Part shown: positions 37,680 through 49,740 of the stretch, piece after piece
How positions within the stretch are numbered: position 1 is the stretch's first letter
Layout of the letters: the number at the start of each line of letters is the position of its first letter
Origin: Lophium mytilinum
Lineage: Eukaryota
DNA: 64,000 nucleotides
Assembly: GCA_010093605.1 (NCBI GenBank)
Contig: MU004181.1
Location: 310,001-374,000, forward strand
Direction of reading: 5' to 3'
Notes under the pieces: model-generated
The model's input: the letters and a program-made list of their open reading frames with translations, nothing else
The model's database searches: none
Told to the model about the DNA's origin: nothing
Position numbers and translations under genes: made by a program

Positions 37680-38905
37680 GTTGATGGATTGGTGGACGAG
37701 GTTGTGGAAATGATTGTGGGTGTAGAGGGTTGGTGCGTTTTGGAGGGCGAGGCGTCTATCAACATTACGCCCGGCTTAGGCGACCTGCAGATCTCCGCTC
37801 GCCGTGCGGCTCCTCCACCACACCTACGCTAGACTTCGCCGCATATTGGGTCCCTCCTCAGTACAGACTACTATCTTCTTCATTCCCTTCCTACTGCATC
37901 ATCGTTGCTGGACTTGCCTAAAACCACGGCTCCGCAGCCGCTCGCTCGAACGGCTCGACGGAGCCTCGCAGAACCACGGAACGCCTGGCACCCTACCAGA
38001 AGCCTGAACTGACATCGCAGCATGCCTCTGCTTGCGCTCCACCCTCTCGACCAGCCCCTCTTTGTCCCGCGGAAGAGTCCTTGTTTGAGGCCGCCTGCCG
38101 CACCGTCCTGCGCACTTGGCAGACGGGCAGGGGAGCCCCTGACACCGCCGGGGATGGGTCAACACGGTTCATATATAGGCAGGAAAGAGACGGGACATCA
38201 CTATGACAATGTGGGAAGCTTCCCTTGACCCCCTACAGATAGGCATATATATGATATGACGGGATGAGGCGTGCAGCTGCGCTGGGAGGTGGGTTATGTA
38301 GGCGGGACCGTGAAGCAAACGATCGCCCTAGAAAGGCGGGACAGCAAACATATATATGCTTCAAGCGTTCTGAAGTATTCAAACATTCGAGATATGCTAT
38401 CTAATTCTCTAGTTGGGCCAATTTTCCCCATCTCCTCGCCCTGGCAAGATTCAAGGCCGTGGTTGCTGGGGAACTGCTCACCCCTCTATCCCCCGAGGGA
38501 GCTCGCCGCTGCCATATTCTCTCAATGACTAAACTAATTGCGCAGGATGATACCTTGTTGAGAATCCTCATGCGCGTTGGGGGCCGCCTCGTCGCTGCTA
38601 TCTTGGTTGGGGGCGAAGTCCTCGCCGATATCATCTGCCCCTTGCGAGCTGCCTCCCTTCCTCTCCTCAACACCACGCTCTCACCACCTCCTCAACACAC
38701 CCTCTTCATCAACTTCATCATTGCATCTGTTTTCTGCCCTCTCAAGTCATCCTGTACAATGGCTCCTCCTCGCCCTCCTTTCCCCTCGCTCGCTGCCCAC
38801 GACGATCGGGGACACCTCCACCGCCCTATACATATCCCACCAACCCTCGCCGACCACCACAGCCCCAACCACCCCTTTAAGCCTGAGGTGTGCACACATC
38901 GTACT

Positions 38906-39040
38906 GTTTCCGCGAGGTCCATTGCTTCTTTGAAGACCAGCATTGTTAGCCTCATCGGCTATCTCCACGAGAACCCGGATACCACCCTGCCGAGCTTGTC
39001 ATACACCACCACTGCCCGCCGCATGCAACATCACTATAGG
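38906..39040 (+). pseudogene. non-reducing PKS fragment (KS-AT linker)
   Basis: VSARSIASLK..LIGYLHENPDTTLPSLSYTTTARRMQHHYR. Confidence 0.8.
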
Positions 39041-39246
39041 CCCGACCGTACCACCGCCAGTTCAGAAACCATCAGAGGTTAGACTTCACCATCACTGAAA
39101 GCACTGTCGGCGGCGAGGCAACGATCAGCCCAGCCAGCGGCAGGACGGCTCTCGGCGACCTGCTCTCGCCCTCGCAAGAGGTAGTCTTTCATTCTTCTAG
39201 TAAGTCCTCACTCCTTTCTCACCCGTCCAATAACTGCTGTTTCCCC

Positions 39247-39821
39247 GTGCTAACCAGTGAGTCGTCATGGCAGCCTGCGCTGGTCGGGCCGCTGAGCGAC
39301 CGCCCAGGCTTCGCACATAAAAGGACCTTCTGGCACCCTCCTACCGCAAGACGAGAGCGAGCAAAAGTCGCTGCTCTGCCGCCTTCTTCATCGTTGCCTG
39401 CTGCTCGTTGGAGTCTTCTCGGCCACCATCAAGGCCGTCTCCACCTACACGACATCCAGACCTGCAATATCCTCATCGTGAGCATCGATCCTCCCCCTTC
39501 ACTCCTCCAACAACTGCTGCTTCACTGTGCTGACCAGTGAGTCGTCATGCAGGCTACGCTCATCGAGCCGCTCAGCGACCGCCCAAGCTTCGCACATAAA
39601 AGGACCGAGTGTCGCCCTCCTACCGCAAGATGAGAGTGAGCGGACGACGCTACTCTGCCATCTCCTTGACGGTAGCTTGCTGCTCGTTGGAGCCCTCTCG
39701 GCTACCATCAAGGCTATTTTCCGCCTTGCCGACATCCAGCCCTACAATGGCATCATCGTGAGCATCCACCCTCCTTCTTCACTACTCCAACAACTGTTGC
39801 TTCACTGTGCTGACAAGTGAG
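39247..39821. repeat. tandem duplication, 280-bp period x2 plus start of a third
   Basis: GTGCTRACMAGTGAG at 39247, 39527 and 39807 with similar bodies. Confidence 0.85.
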
Positions 39822-39867
39822 GTGTAGTATCAGCTCCATTGCTCACCGAGCTGCTAGACGACTGCCC

Positions 39868-39957
39868 GGCCGTACACTCGTCGGCATCCTCATCAGCTGC
39901 GACCACAACACCAACATCGTTCTACAAGACACCATCGAGCGCATTATTGTGCCAGCC
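39868..39957 (+). pseudogene. LSM8: second LSM8 fragment
   Basis: GRTLVGILISCDHNTNIVLQDTIERIIVPA; shares the IVPA continuation with the 34.1 kb copy. Confidence 0.75.
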
Positions 39958-40347
39958 TACCGCGGGACAAAAGAGAAATGGCAAGCAGGACAGGTGAGAC
40001 CGTGCTGGACGAGACAATATGTGGAGTTGTTGGTGGAGAAGTCTTTCAGTATTCTTACGTTTGGTACTGTTTCAATATCATCCTGTCCCCGTTCTAGCCC
40101 TCGGGCCCCTGCCGAGCGGAAGTGAGTGATGCACTTGCGAACGACAATGCGGCGTCTTTCCAGCCCGCGTCTCAAGGTACGCTTCAATCCCCTCTTTACA
40201 CCTCTAGACATCAACTGACTTCGAACAGACCGACCTCCTCCTTCGACCGTCCTCCGATCGATTCTCAGCATCGCGACGACGATGTCCACACTCACCCTCC
40301 CCCTTTGACCATAGCACCTAGATACATACCTTTCGCTGCCGATCTTG

Positions 40348-40401
40348 GCAGCGAAGGGATTCAAAGCGACCAAGCTTAACGTACCTTTTGCATTCCACTC
40401 T
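40348..40401 (+). pseudogene. non-reducing PKS fragment (AT domain)
   Basis: AAKGFKATKLNVPFAFHS contains the AFHS motif. Confidence 0.75.
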
Positions 40402-40719
40402 TCGTGTGGAAGTTTCATTCCAGTACGAAGTTTTCTATGCATTTCTGCTGGCGCCTGGAGGCAAAGGGATTCGGAAACGGTCAATTTGTTGCTTGTTGCC
40501 TCACGGCTAGCAAACGGGCGAACTAATGGGAGGGAGTCTGGGCCTGTGGTAGGTCGATCCGCATCGACCATAGCGCCTAGATGGAAATCTTTCGCTCGGG
40601 GCCTGGGCCCGAGCCCAACAACGTCCGCTGTTGTCAGCGATGGTAAGAAGACTCCAAAGTTCGTTGGGCGCTCAGAAAGCTAACTTCGAGAGAGAGCAGG
40701 GGATCAAGCTGCCGGAAGA

Positions 40720-40960
40720 CTGGCATTCCAGTGTCCAACCAGGCCTACGTTAGCGCCGTGAGCGTGATGGTCCTGACGATCAGCGGACCTCCCTCGACGA
40801 CCAGGCGCCTATTCAAGGAATCCGAGCAGTTCAGCAAAAACCACCGCGTTCCGATTCCCGTCTACGCTCCTTATCACGCGCAGCATCTATACAACGACGC
40901 TGAAGTCGCACGAATCATCGACCCGAAGACACGAGAATTCCTCAGGGAGTACCGCCCATT
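40720..40960 (+). pseudogene. non-reducing PKS fragment (SAT domain, C-terminal part)
   Basis: GIPVSNQAYVSAVSVMVLTISGPPST..RVPIPVYAPYHAQHLY. Confidence 0.8.
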
Positions 40961-41807
40961 GTGGTTGGAGGAGGAGGGGCTGTCGTATGATGGGCGCAGT
41001 TCGCGACTACTTGGTAGTACCATAATGAAATCCTTTTTCCCTTCTAGCCCTCGGGCACCTGCCGAGTGGAAGTGAGTGATCTGCTCGCGACTGACAACAC
41101 CTCGACGAACTGAAGCTGAGTCCTCTCGCCCGTCCGTTCAACCTTTTATTCTCCTCCGGGGTTCTTGTTTCGACGTTAACTTTTTCAAGCGGTCAAGGAA
41201 AGTAAGTAAGCTTCAATTGGGTCACCCACGGAATTTAACTCTTCTACAGGTGAAGCGCCGGCAGTTGAACTGGCTGGACTTCTCCTGCTTATCGCTGCAG
41301 TGCGGTCTTCTCCTCCACCAAATTTGCAGCCAGAATTAGCTCCATTCGCAGCAGTCAAAGACGGTAAGAAAACTCACACACTTCACTTTGCAAAGGCTAA
41401 CCCAGAAAGAAGTGAAGCGCTTCTCCTTCGTTTGCTTGAAGCTTGCAGACGAGCTTGGGGGTCTTTGTCCAAGTGACAGACCTCTACCGACCGCGTCCAA
41501 ATGCATCACGCCTGGACCGGATAGACGACTCGACCAACCCGAGCCTTCACCCGAACTGCTTGTTGCAGCCTCAGAATGAAGCCTCAGATCGAAGAACCTT
41601 GTAACACCCAGGTCGATTTCACTCCGAAAACGGTCTCCAAACAGCTGCCTGTCGCTTTTCCTGCTCCTAGCCAACACGCTAGTCAACAAATCGACGGTGT
41701 TGAGGTGATCCATCACCTGTACATGCACCTCTAGTACTTCGCTTGGATGGACGACCATCCGCCTGATCATCGATTCGCTGAGAGGATCTGTTGATCGCCA
41801 AGGCATG

Positions 41808-41996
41808 GTGACACTGGCACAGCTTGCGCACTACATCAGGTGCACAGCTTTCGCACTACATCGTGTACGTACGCCATCTGAATGTTCGAGGGCTTGACTA
41901 ACTCTTTCAGGTACTACGACGAGAACCCAACCGAAATACCAGCACCTTCAACCGCGCGGATCCTTGGATCGTGCACTGGTCTTCTCGCAGGGGCAT
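41808..41996 (+). pseudogene. non-reducing PKS fragment (SAT domain, GxCxG region) retaining an intron
   Basis: VTLAQLAHYI-R, intron 41840-41910 (GT..CTAAC..CAG), YYDENPTEIPAPSTARILGSCTGLLAGA. Confidence 0.75.
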
Positions 41997-42037
41997 CCTC
42001 TCTCCTCCGTCGTCTACTTCACTTCCTCTTCACCTGT

Positions 42038-43335
42038 GGCTCTGCGTATGGAGGGCATGCCAGACCGCGCACCCACCTTGGAAGACGGAAGCTTGTGTCC
42101 GGAGGCGCACAAAATGAAGCAAGAGACGGACCAGGCAGTGAGTAGGTCCAGCGGGCACTTCAACCTCAGCCTTCTCTCTCGTCTCATGTCTGGCTCGGTT
42201 CTGGCTACGTCAATTGCTTCTTATCACCACCTGGCCACTTGCTGAAAGACCGTTTCGTCACCCGGTAGAAGCAAGAGACAGATCTTGTGGTGGGCTGTGG
42301 GCTTGTGTGCTCCGCGATTCCGACGAGTTCAGTTCCCGACTCATGTTCGGAGACCTCACCTAGGCGCAAAAGATCTCGTGGTCCCCCGTCTTCTGCAACG
42401 TCTAGCTCGCCCAACATACGTCGGAAGCCGTCGAACAAAACGGCGGACGAGACGACGGATTTGGCGTGGGCAACGCATGATGAAAGCTTGTCTCCGGAGG
42501 CGCACAAAATAAAGCAAGCCGTCTGCTCCTCAATCATTTGAGCTCAGTTCCAGACTCGTCCTCGGAGTCCTCCCGAAGTTGCAAGAGGAAGCCGTCAACT
42601 GCGATGACGGGAGAGACGATGGATTTCGCTTGGGCTTGTCACACCACAAACGTACAACAGCAAGCTTGTGCTCCGCGAATCCTACGAGTTCAGTTCCCGA
42701 CTCCTTTTCCGAGTCTTCTCGTAGTCGCAAGAGGAAGCCGTCAACTGCGATGAAAGAAGAGACCACGGATTTCGGGTGGGCAACGCATGAGGGAGGCTTG
42801 TTTCCGGCGGCGCACAGACTGAAGCACGAGACGGACTCGGCGGTGCACGCCATGGGACCGCAGATGGGGCCTCAGTTTTCCTAAGACTTTAGGGTCCCGA
42901 AGAGTCCGGATCTTCTGCTGCCGTAGGAACAAACCATCACGCCCTCGAAGTTGCAGCAGAACCTTGTCACCGGCAACGCATGAAGTAAAGCAATGGACAG
43001 ACCAAGCGGCGGACGCCATAGGAACGCGAGATGACCTCTCAATTCCCAGACGTCAGTTTGTCGAACAGCCCAGACCCTCTGCTGCCGCAGGAGCAGACTG
43101 TGACACCCTCGACCGCGATGACGGGAGGGATGATGGGCTTCGGGTGGGCTTGTCACGCCGGAAACGCGGATGGCCTCTCAACTCCCAGACATCAGTGTCC
43201 CGAATAGCCCGATTCTCCGTTGGCGCAGGAGCAGACCAGCACGTCCTCGAAGTTGCAGCAGATGTTTGGGATGAGGAACCAAGTGCCGAACTTTGTGGCT
43301 CTGCGTATGGAGGGCATGCCAAACCGCGCATCCAC
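42038..43335. repeat. patchwork of short internal duplications
   Basis: GGCTCTGCGTATGGAGGGCATGCCA near 42038 and 43297. GCTTGT-TCCGG-GGCGCACA near 42091, 42486 and 42796. TGCTCCGCGA-TCC-ACGAGTTCAGTTCCCGACTC near 42308 and 42669. Confidence 0.8.
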
Positions 43336-45344
43336 TATGTGCGAACCTGGTATCTCAACATCAGGGCCTAGTTGTTTTGCCGCTTTTGGGATAGCCTCGC
43401 CGCTGCAAACCCTTTCGACAACCTTTCGCGTTTGCTTCTTCACCTTCGTCCAACCTGCGACCACCACTTCACTTCTAGCTCCTCACAAGCTCGCAGCCGA
43501 GTGAAAGACTACCGTTTCTGGCTCCTGAACAACTTTCGCGCCTGGAAAAGCCACCCTCATCGATCAGACGCCTGAGAAGAGATTCTTCGCTCCAAGCCCG
43601 AGCCCAGCGATGTCCGATGCTGTCAGACCAAGGCCCGCGGTTGCCAGCACTATCTGGCATTTGTAAAGATTGACAAGCTACCCAGAGAACATAAGGTTGA
43701 ACTTCAATCGACGGGTCCACCCCATCGACCATAGCGCCTAGATGCAGATCTTTTTCTCCGGGGCCCGAGCCCAGCAATGTCCAATGTCCGCTGTTGCCCG
43801 GACTACTTGGCATTTGTAAAGATTGACAAGCTAGCCAGCGAAGAAAGGTTGAGCTCCATGTTCCGGGAGAAGCAAGGTTGAGCTTCATGTTCCGTTGCGG
43901 TCGGGACTCCATGGCATGTCGACAAGCTATCGGCGAACGAAAGGATGGCCTGCGGTCGACTTGCCCACCCCATCGACCATAGCACCTAGATACAAATTCT
44001 CGAGTCTCGGCTCGAGTTAGAACGTCTGCTGTTGTCAGGACTACCTGGCATTTGTCAAGATTGATAAGCTACCCGGGGAACGCAAGGTTGAGCTTCAAGG
44101 TCCGCTGCGGTGTGGACTACCTGCATTTGTCAAGATTGATGAGCTGGCCGGCAAACGAAAGGTTGAATTGCAATCCAGTGTCGCTTCTGTCAAGACTACA
44201 CGGCATTTGTCAAGATGGATGCTCTATTCGGCGAACGAAAGGTCGAATTGCAATCCGCCAGCCCGCCCTCTAGCATCGACCCATCCGCTGAACCAACCTC
44301 TTCATGCAGTCACCAGAAGCTCCAATGCTTCCAGCTTCGAGTTCAATGCAGAACATGAACACTACCGCGAGATCGAATCCAATCGGGGCTTCGATCCCGG
44401 CTCCTCTGAAGCTTGAGCCTCGCAATCCGCATATGAACTACGATGCTTCAATTCCAGACCCTAGTGCATACTTCGACCAACGCCGCTGAAGAAGCACCCA
44501 CGATCCGCGATCGCCATTTCTGGCTCCTTTACAGCCTCGCGCCCCACGGCACTAGGCTGGCATCCCGGGAGTGTTTGCACCTCGAGATTGCCGTCGCGGA
44601 CAGTCACCCATCGTCTGGTATGTCAAACATGTGTTTTCGCTTGGTTCCGTTTACTGACGAATGTCATGCAGGGGTATCAATGAGGGCAGGCAGTGTGCAG
44701 GCGACGTGGACTTTTTCCTTAGCGGAGTAGGCAGCATGCTTCCGGTTACTGGAGGCATCGTGAAGAGTGCTCCTTATGTTGCTTTTTCTGGCGAGAATTA
44801 GGTAGTTACTCATGGTGGAAATGGTGACGGTAGTACCGGAGAGCGCGGTTTTTAATGGTGGTTTTCAATGGCGGTTTTCCGAACAACCAGTATTTAGTTC
44901 AGCATAAGTAACTGCAGAGCGTGATATTCAGGCAGGTCTGGTGGCGCCAGGCGTCGGAGGGCTTTGGATCGCGTGCAGAAGTTTCGTAGATATGAACAAA
45001 ACCCAGTCTCACCAGGCGCTCACCGTGAGCAAGGCCAATCGCATGCGGAGGTGCTGAAAATTGATGGATGTTGGCCGCAAACGCAACCCTCCTCGGCCGA
45101 CTCTCCCCCGCCGACTCTCCCCCAAACAACAACCCTCCGCAACAGGTACTACTGCAAACAACTCTAGATCCGCTAGCAGTCTAGCTAACCGTGCGCGCGC
45201 TTTAGACAAACCGTAACCCAGCGTCAAGCAGCTCGCGCACCATCACTCCTCAAAGCACCCGTTGCCGCAACCGCCTCCCGCCGCCGCAACCGCCTCCCGC
45301 CTCCCGCCTCTCGCCTCCCACGCACCCAACACCCACCTCCTGCA

Positions 45345-45480
45345 ATGGCCTCCGCCCGCGACACGATCTACGAGCTCCGCGACAAGGCCATCACCTTCGC
45401 CAGAGACCATCGCAAGTACATCCTCCTCAGCCTCGTCGTCGCCATCGGCCTCTCGTTCGTCATCGTGCTCGTCGTCTCTC
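45345..45480 (+). CDS. first exon of a hypothetical protein with an N-terminal transmembrane segment
   Basis: C-rich leader, ATG 45345, YILLSLVVAIGLSFVIVLVV, GTAAGT donor at 45481; downstream exons unresolved. Confidence 0.45.
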
Positions 45481-48400
45481 GTAAGTGCCACCCCGCGCCT
45501 TGAAACCGCGCGCAATCCTACATCATGAGTCTGGGCACACGGAATCAGCACTGCTTGGCTGGAGTCCTGCAGACTGAGCGCCGCTGTAAAGGGGAGCCTA
45601 GCTGCCGCGCAGCCGGTCGGTCAAGAGGGGGTCTGATCTTCGCTGCTTGGGCCTCGACATCGGCCGCGAATTCGAGGGACTCCAAGAAGTGGCGGACGAG
45701 TGTGCACAGACTATGAGCTGTCGTTATGATATCAGTGCTAACGACGCGCAGGCCGCTAGACCTCGCTGCGCTCCTTCGGCGTTGGACCTCTCCAAGCGAC
45801 GCACCCGCGCCAGGAGGACCTGTGCCAGTCTTCGCCGAACATGATGTTGGAGCTGCGCTCAGCGAGACGTCCCGCACCAGGAGAAACCTTCCTGGCATCA
45901 CCGAAGACGGTGTTGGATCTGCCCGGAGTGACACCGCGCATGACAGACGTTGATCCGGACGACCTTCCTTGGCGGGAGAAGAACGAATCGCCAACCTCGT
46001 GCCTGCAGAAGTCTATCGAAGTTCCCAGTGCATTTCTCGACCGTGAGGATCCTACGTACGCCAAAGCACGGCAAGACAATGGCGCACCCGCGTCAGAAGG
46101 ACCTGTGTCAGTCATTGCGAAAGACGCCGTTGGAGATGCGCTCAGCGACACGTCCGGCACCAGGACCAACGTCGGCACGGCCGGTCGAGGTGCATTCGTG
46201 TGAATTGTCGCGCGATCATCGGGAAGACAATAACATGCCATCTGTGAAGATGGTTGATATTGGCCGGAAAAGAGTGCGGGGAAAGTCGTGCTTAAGGGGA
46301 AGTGTTGTGCTGGGCTGCGCTCAGCGACATGTCCCGGGTCGAGCTGCTTTCGCCGGACAGACTAGGTGACTACGAGGAAGACAACAACATGCCATTCGTG
46401 AAAATGGTTGATGTTGGCCGGAAAGGAGGGCGGGGAAAGTCGTGCTTGAGGGGGAGATTCATGCTCATCGGGGAAAGTCGTGCTTAAGGGTACGATCCAC
46501 CAAAACCTTCGTCTTCGACTTTGCTAACGTACCATGCCTGCAGACTGGGTTTGTTCGGATGTGGAACATGGCGCAAGAGCTGCGGAGACTTTAGGATTCC
46601 CTTATTCGAAAAGCTTCCCTGTCGCTCACGTTTTGTGCGTGTTGATTTGTTTGCTTGACTTTGCTTGGTTGCTGTGCTTCATGATGTCTCCGTCTCGTTC
46701 TTTTCACATCTTCCTTGCTTACGACCATTGCCCGAAAAGCGTCTCTCCTTGGTACAGTACCGAGACGTAATTCTGGGCACCCGACATAGCACTCCGCCGG
46801 TTCCAATCTTGATCACGCGATGCCACCGTCATTAGTGGCCCGGCCAGCAAGTCGTCGGCAGGTCAAAGGGTTGCCTGTGCAACACTGCATCGAGCTTTAC
46901 GTCGTCTTCGGAGTTACATCGTCTTCGGAGAATCAAAAGCCATAAGCGTACCTGAAGCGGCCCCAGAAACTAAAACCCCCCATGACAACCAAGGTCGCGG
47001 AGCACAACGACAAGAAGGGTATGAAGAATGCCGAGAGGTAAGCGTCTCCCCACAGGAAGAGCAATGTAAGACGAGGAGATGCTGATACCAAAATACTCCA
47101 CCGGGGCCAGGAACGATCGCCCTCGAGAACCTACCACCTCCGTTACCAACCTCCCACCTTGCAACCTGACCGAGCCCCATCCTCATCCCCACAAGGCCAT
47201 GCCTCTGCCTGCCCAGCCGCGACACATCTAACCACCCCGCATCATACCCGCGAAGAAAGCGCGAAATCGGTGTACTTCGAATGCGAGATGGAGAATAACC
47301 ATGTGGAAGATTAGCGACGAGAGAACAACGGGCAACCTACATGCGAGAGTGGGGCCCATTCAAAGAGTGAGCAGAGTCATCGAGGCGGGGACGGAGACGT
47401 GGTTGGACAAATGGATTGCGAACATGAAGGATATACATACCTTGGTAACCTCTCCCCTCCTGGTACAGACTTCGACAAAAGCCGATAGTTAACAGATTGC
47501 AGGTGGATATGAAAAAAGGACTTGAGCGTTGAAAGCAGAGCGACGCAAAAATACCTGCTGCAAAAGAAAGGCGAAGTTCGGATAAAACCAAGTTGGAACG
47601 CTCAGATTGCACGAAATGACTTGACAGCTTGACGTAGTTGATCATCTGTGAGTATGACTGGGAGACAAGGAGACGCGCAGAAGGACTGACTGGTGGAAGG
47701 AATATGACGATACGAAAGCTGAGTGGAAATCATGGTTACCTATACGGCTGAACAAAGTACTGATTGAGTTTGCAGGAGCTCGCATGAAAGAGGGCCTCAA
47801 CAGCAGGTATTCGAAGAACGAGACTAGGATGAAGCCAATGAGGAGATCAGTACGAGACACCTACCTTGACAAGATGAAGCGAGGTCGAGCCGGGGATGAA
47901 ACCCATGAGATGATCAGTAAAAGATGCCTACATTCACAAGATGAGACGAGAACGAGACTGGGATGAACCCGATGAGAAGATCATTACGAGACACCCACCT
48001 TTACAAGATGAAGCGAGATCGAGGCTGGGATAACCCCGATGAGGAGTTGAGTCCGACAGTTGAGTAAGGGACACCCACCTTTCTCAGATCAGAATGGTAT
48101 GCGACAGGCTGACCCCCAAGCAGAAGTTTTTACCTCAAGCATCGCAGCGTTGACACATGGACTGACGTGCAATTCCAAAAGATCATGAGAGGCGCGAAAC
48201 CAGACGAAGAAACGACCTACTAGTACGCATCCCACCCATCAGCCAGAGGCGAGAAAAGAACGCGATCAAACGAAACATCGCCAGAGGATTGGATACTCAT
48301 TGAGCCAGAATGAAGCTGATAGAAACCTACGATCGGGAGAAATGCGACGACCTGAAAGATAAGTAAGACCGGAGAAAGGTACCTGTACATGAGCTGTTAT

Positions 48401-48699
48401 GCTTTGCAGATCCAAAGCGGCGCCGCTAGCATCGTAGAAAAGGTTTCCGCGCATCAAACCTATCCATTCCCACCTGTAGATCAAGAGAGCCATTGACGAC
48501 CACGCCAGAGTTTCGTGAATGACGAGAACGAAAGTTGAGCAAGGACGGAGAGACCTACATTCATACTTGCTGACCTGGCTTGCAGGCCAAACCATCGCCA
48601 ACAAAGTCGCGGAACGAGGGCCTTCGAGCATCAAACTGCTCATTTCCGGAACCCCACTCACCCACTCACCCACTATCGAGGTAGTGGACACATAGACGA

Positions 48700-48862
48700 T
48701 GACGCAAGAGGATCGAGAGCGACGAAAACGACGAGAACGAGGAGGACGGTGAGGACGAAGAAGAAGACGAAAATAACGAAGAGAACGAAAACGACGAAGA
48801 GGACTAAAATGACGAGAACGACGAGGGTGACGAGAACGACGAGGGTGACGAGAACGACGAAA
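48700..48862. repeat. low-complexity GACGA/GAACGA tract with an 18-bp unit repeated about 3 times
   Basis: TGACGAGAACGACGAGGG repeated at 48810-48860. Confidence 0.85.
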
Positions 48863-49499
48863 AAGAAAGCTGAGTAAAAGCAGAGAGACCTCCATGGGTA
48901 TTTACTGATAAGGCTTGCAGGCCCAAAGAAAAAAGGACAAAGACAATGCGAGAGGAAAGAAAATCTAGACCCTGGCCTTCTCACCTTCTTCGGGCCCAAG
49001 GATGAAAAGAAAGACGCTGAGCTCACAAGAGTATCGCAAAAGGAAATTCGAAAGCTGAGTGAGAAGTGCAGGCATTTACCGGATCCATCCACTGACTGAG
49101 ATTTCAGATTCATGAGAACATCGCAGACCGAAGAACACGAGCAGAGATCACTAGCGACTTACATGCGCGACTTGCCTACCGATCGATCGTAGACGGAAAG
49201 CATCACGCGAAAGGAGGTTTCGGATTTGAAGATTGAAAGCTGAGTGGGAAGCTCGAAATCTTACCGAGATCCATCGCTGACTTCACAGTGTAGACTGATG
49301 TGGGAGCTGCTTTAATTTGATTTGAAAGAGCTTATGAGATTGAAGCGGAATTGGATATGGGAACACCTACATTGAGGTAAACTCAAATTGCCAGAAGCTG
49401 AAAAAGAAACGATGATGCTTGGATTTTGCCAAAATCATGCTGATGTCTTCGAAGTACGTTGAGCAGCAAAGACCTACCGCCGTGAGAAAAAATGGGCTG

Positions 49500-49740
49500 A
49501 CTGAAAGCAGGACGCAAAGAGCAGGACCCCTATCGGATACCTTGGTAGCGACGAAGAAAGCAACTGCCGCATGGAATTGACAAGTTGAGAGCAGGACGCA
49601 AAGAGCAGGACCCATACCAGATATCTCGAAAGCGACGTGGAAAGCGACTGCAAGCTGAAACCGACTGATTGGGAGCAGGACGTAAAGAGCAGCACACCTA
49701 CGGGATATCTTGAAATCGACGAAGAAAGCGACTGAAAGTT
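49500..49740. repeat. about 84-bp degenerate tandem repeat x3
   Basis: GCAGGACGYAAAGAGCAG near 49507, 49591 and 49675. Confidence 0.8.

Larger units (their letters stand above)
40303..43990 (+). repeat. dispersed repeat whose conserved core CATCGACCATAGCRCCTAGA is antisense to the 2215-2234 hairpin arm
   Basis: Copies at 40303-40322 (18/20), 40562-40581 (19/20), 43723-43742 (19/20) and 43971-43990 (20/20); a degenerate fifth copy near 43558. Confidence 0.9.

Noticed and set aside
39822..39853. GTGTAGTATC resembling the U2 branch-pairing region
   Set aside because: No U2 stem I or U6-pairing sequence upstream and no Sm site.
40303..43990. CRISPR-like interpretation of the recurring 20-mer
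   Set aside because: Irregular spacing (about 250 bp to 3 kb), homologous flanks, eukaryotic context and no cas genes.
48266..49113. Hydrophobic or Arg-rich ORFs on the minus strand
   Set aside because: Artefacts of the low-complexity GACGA tract.
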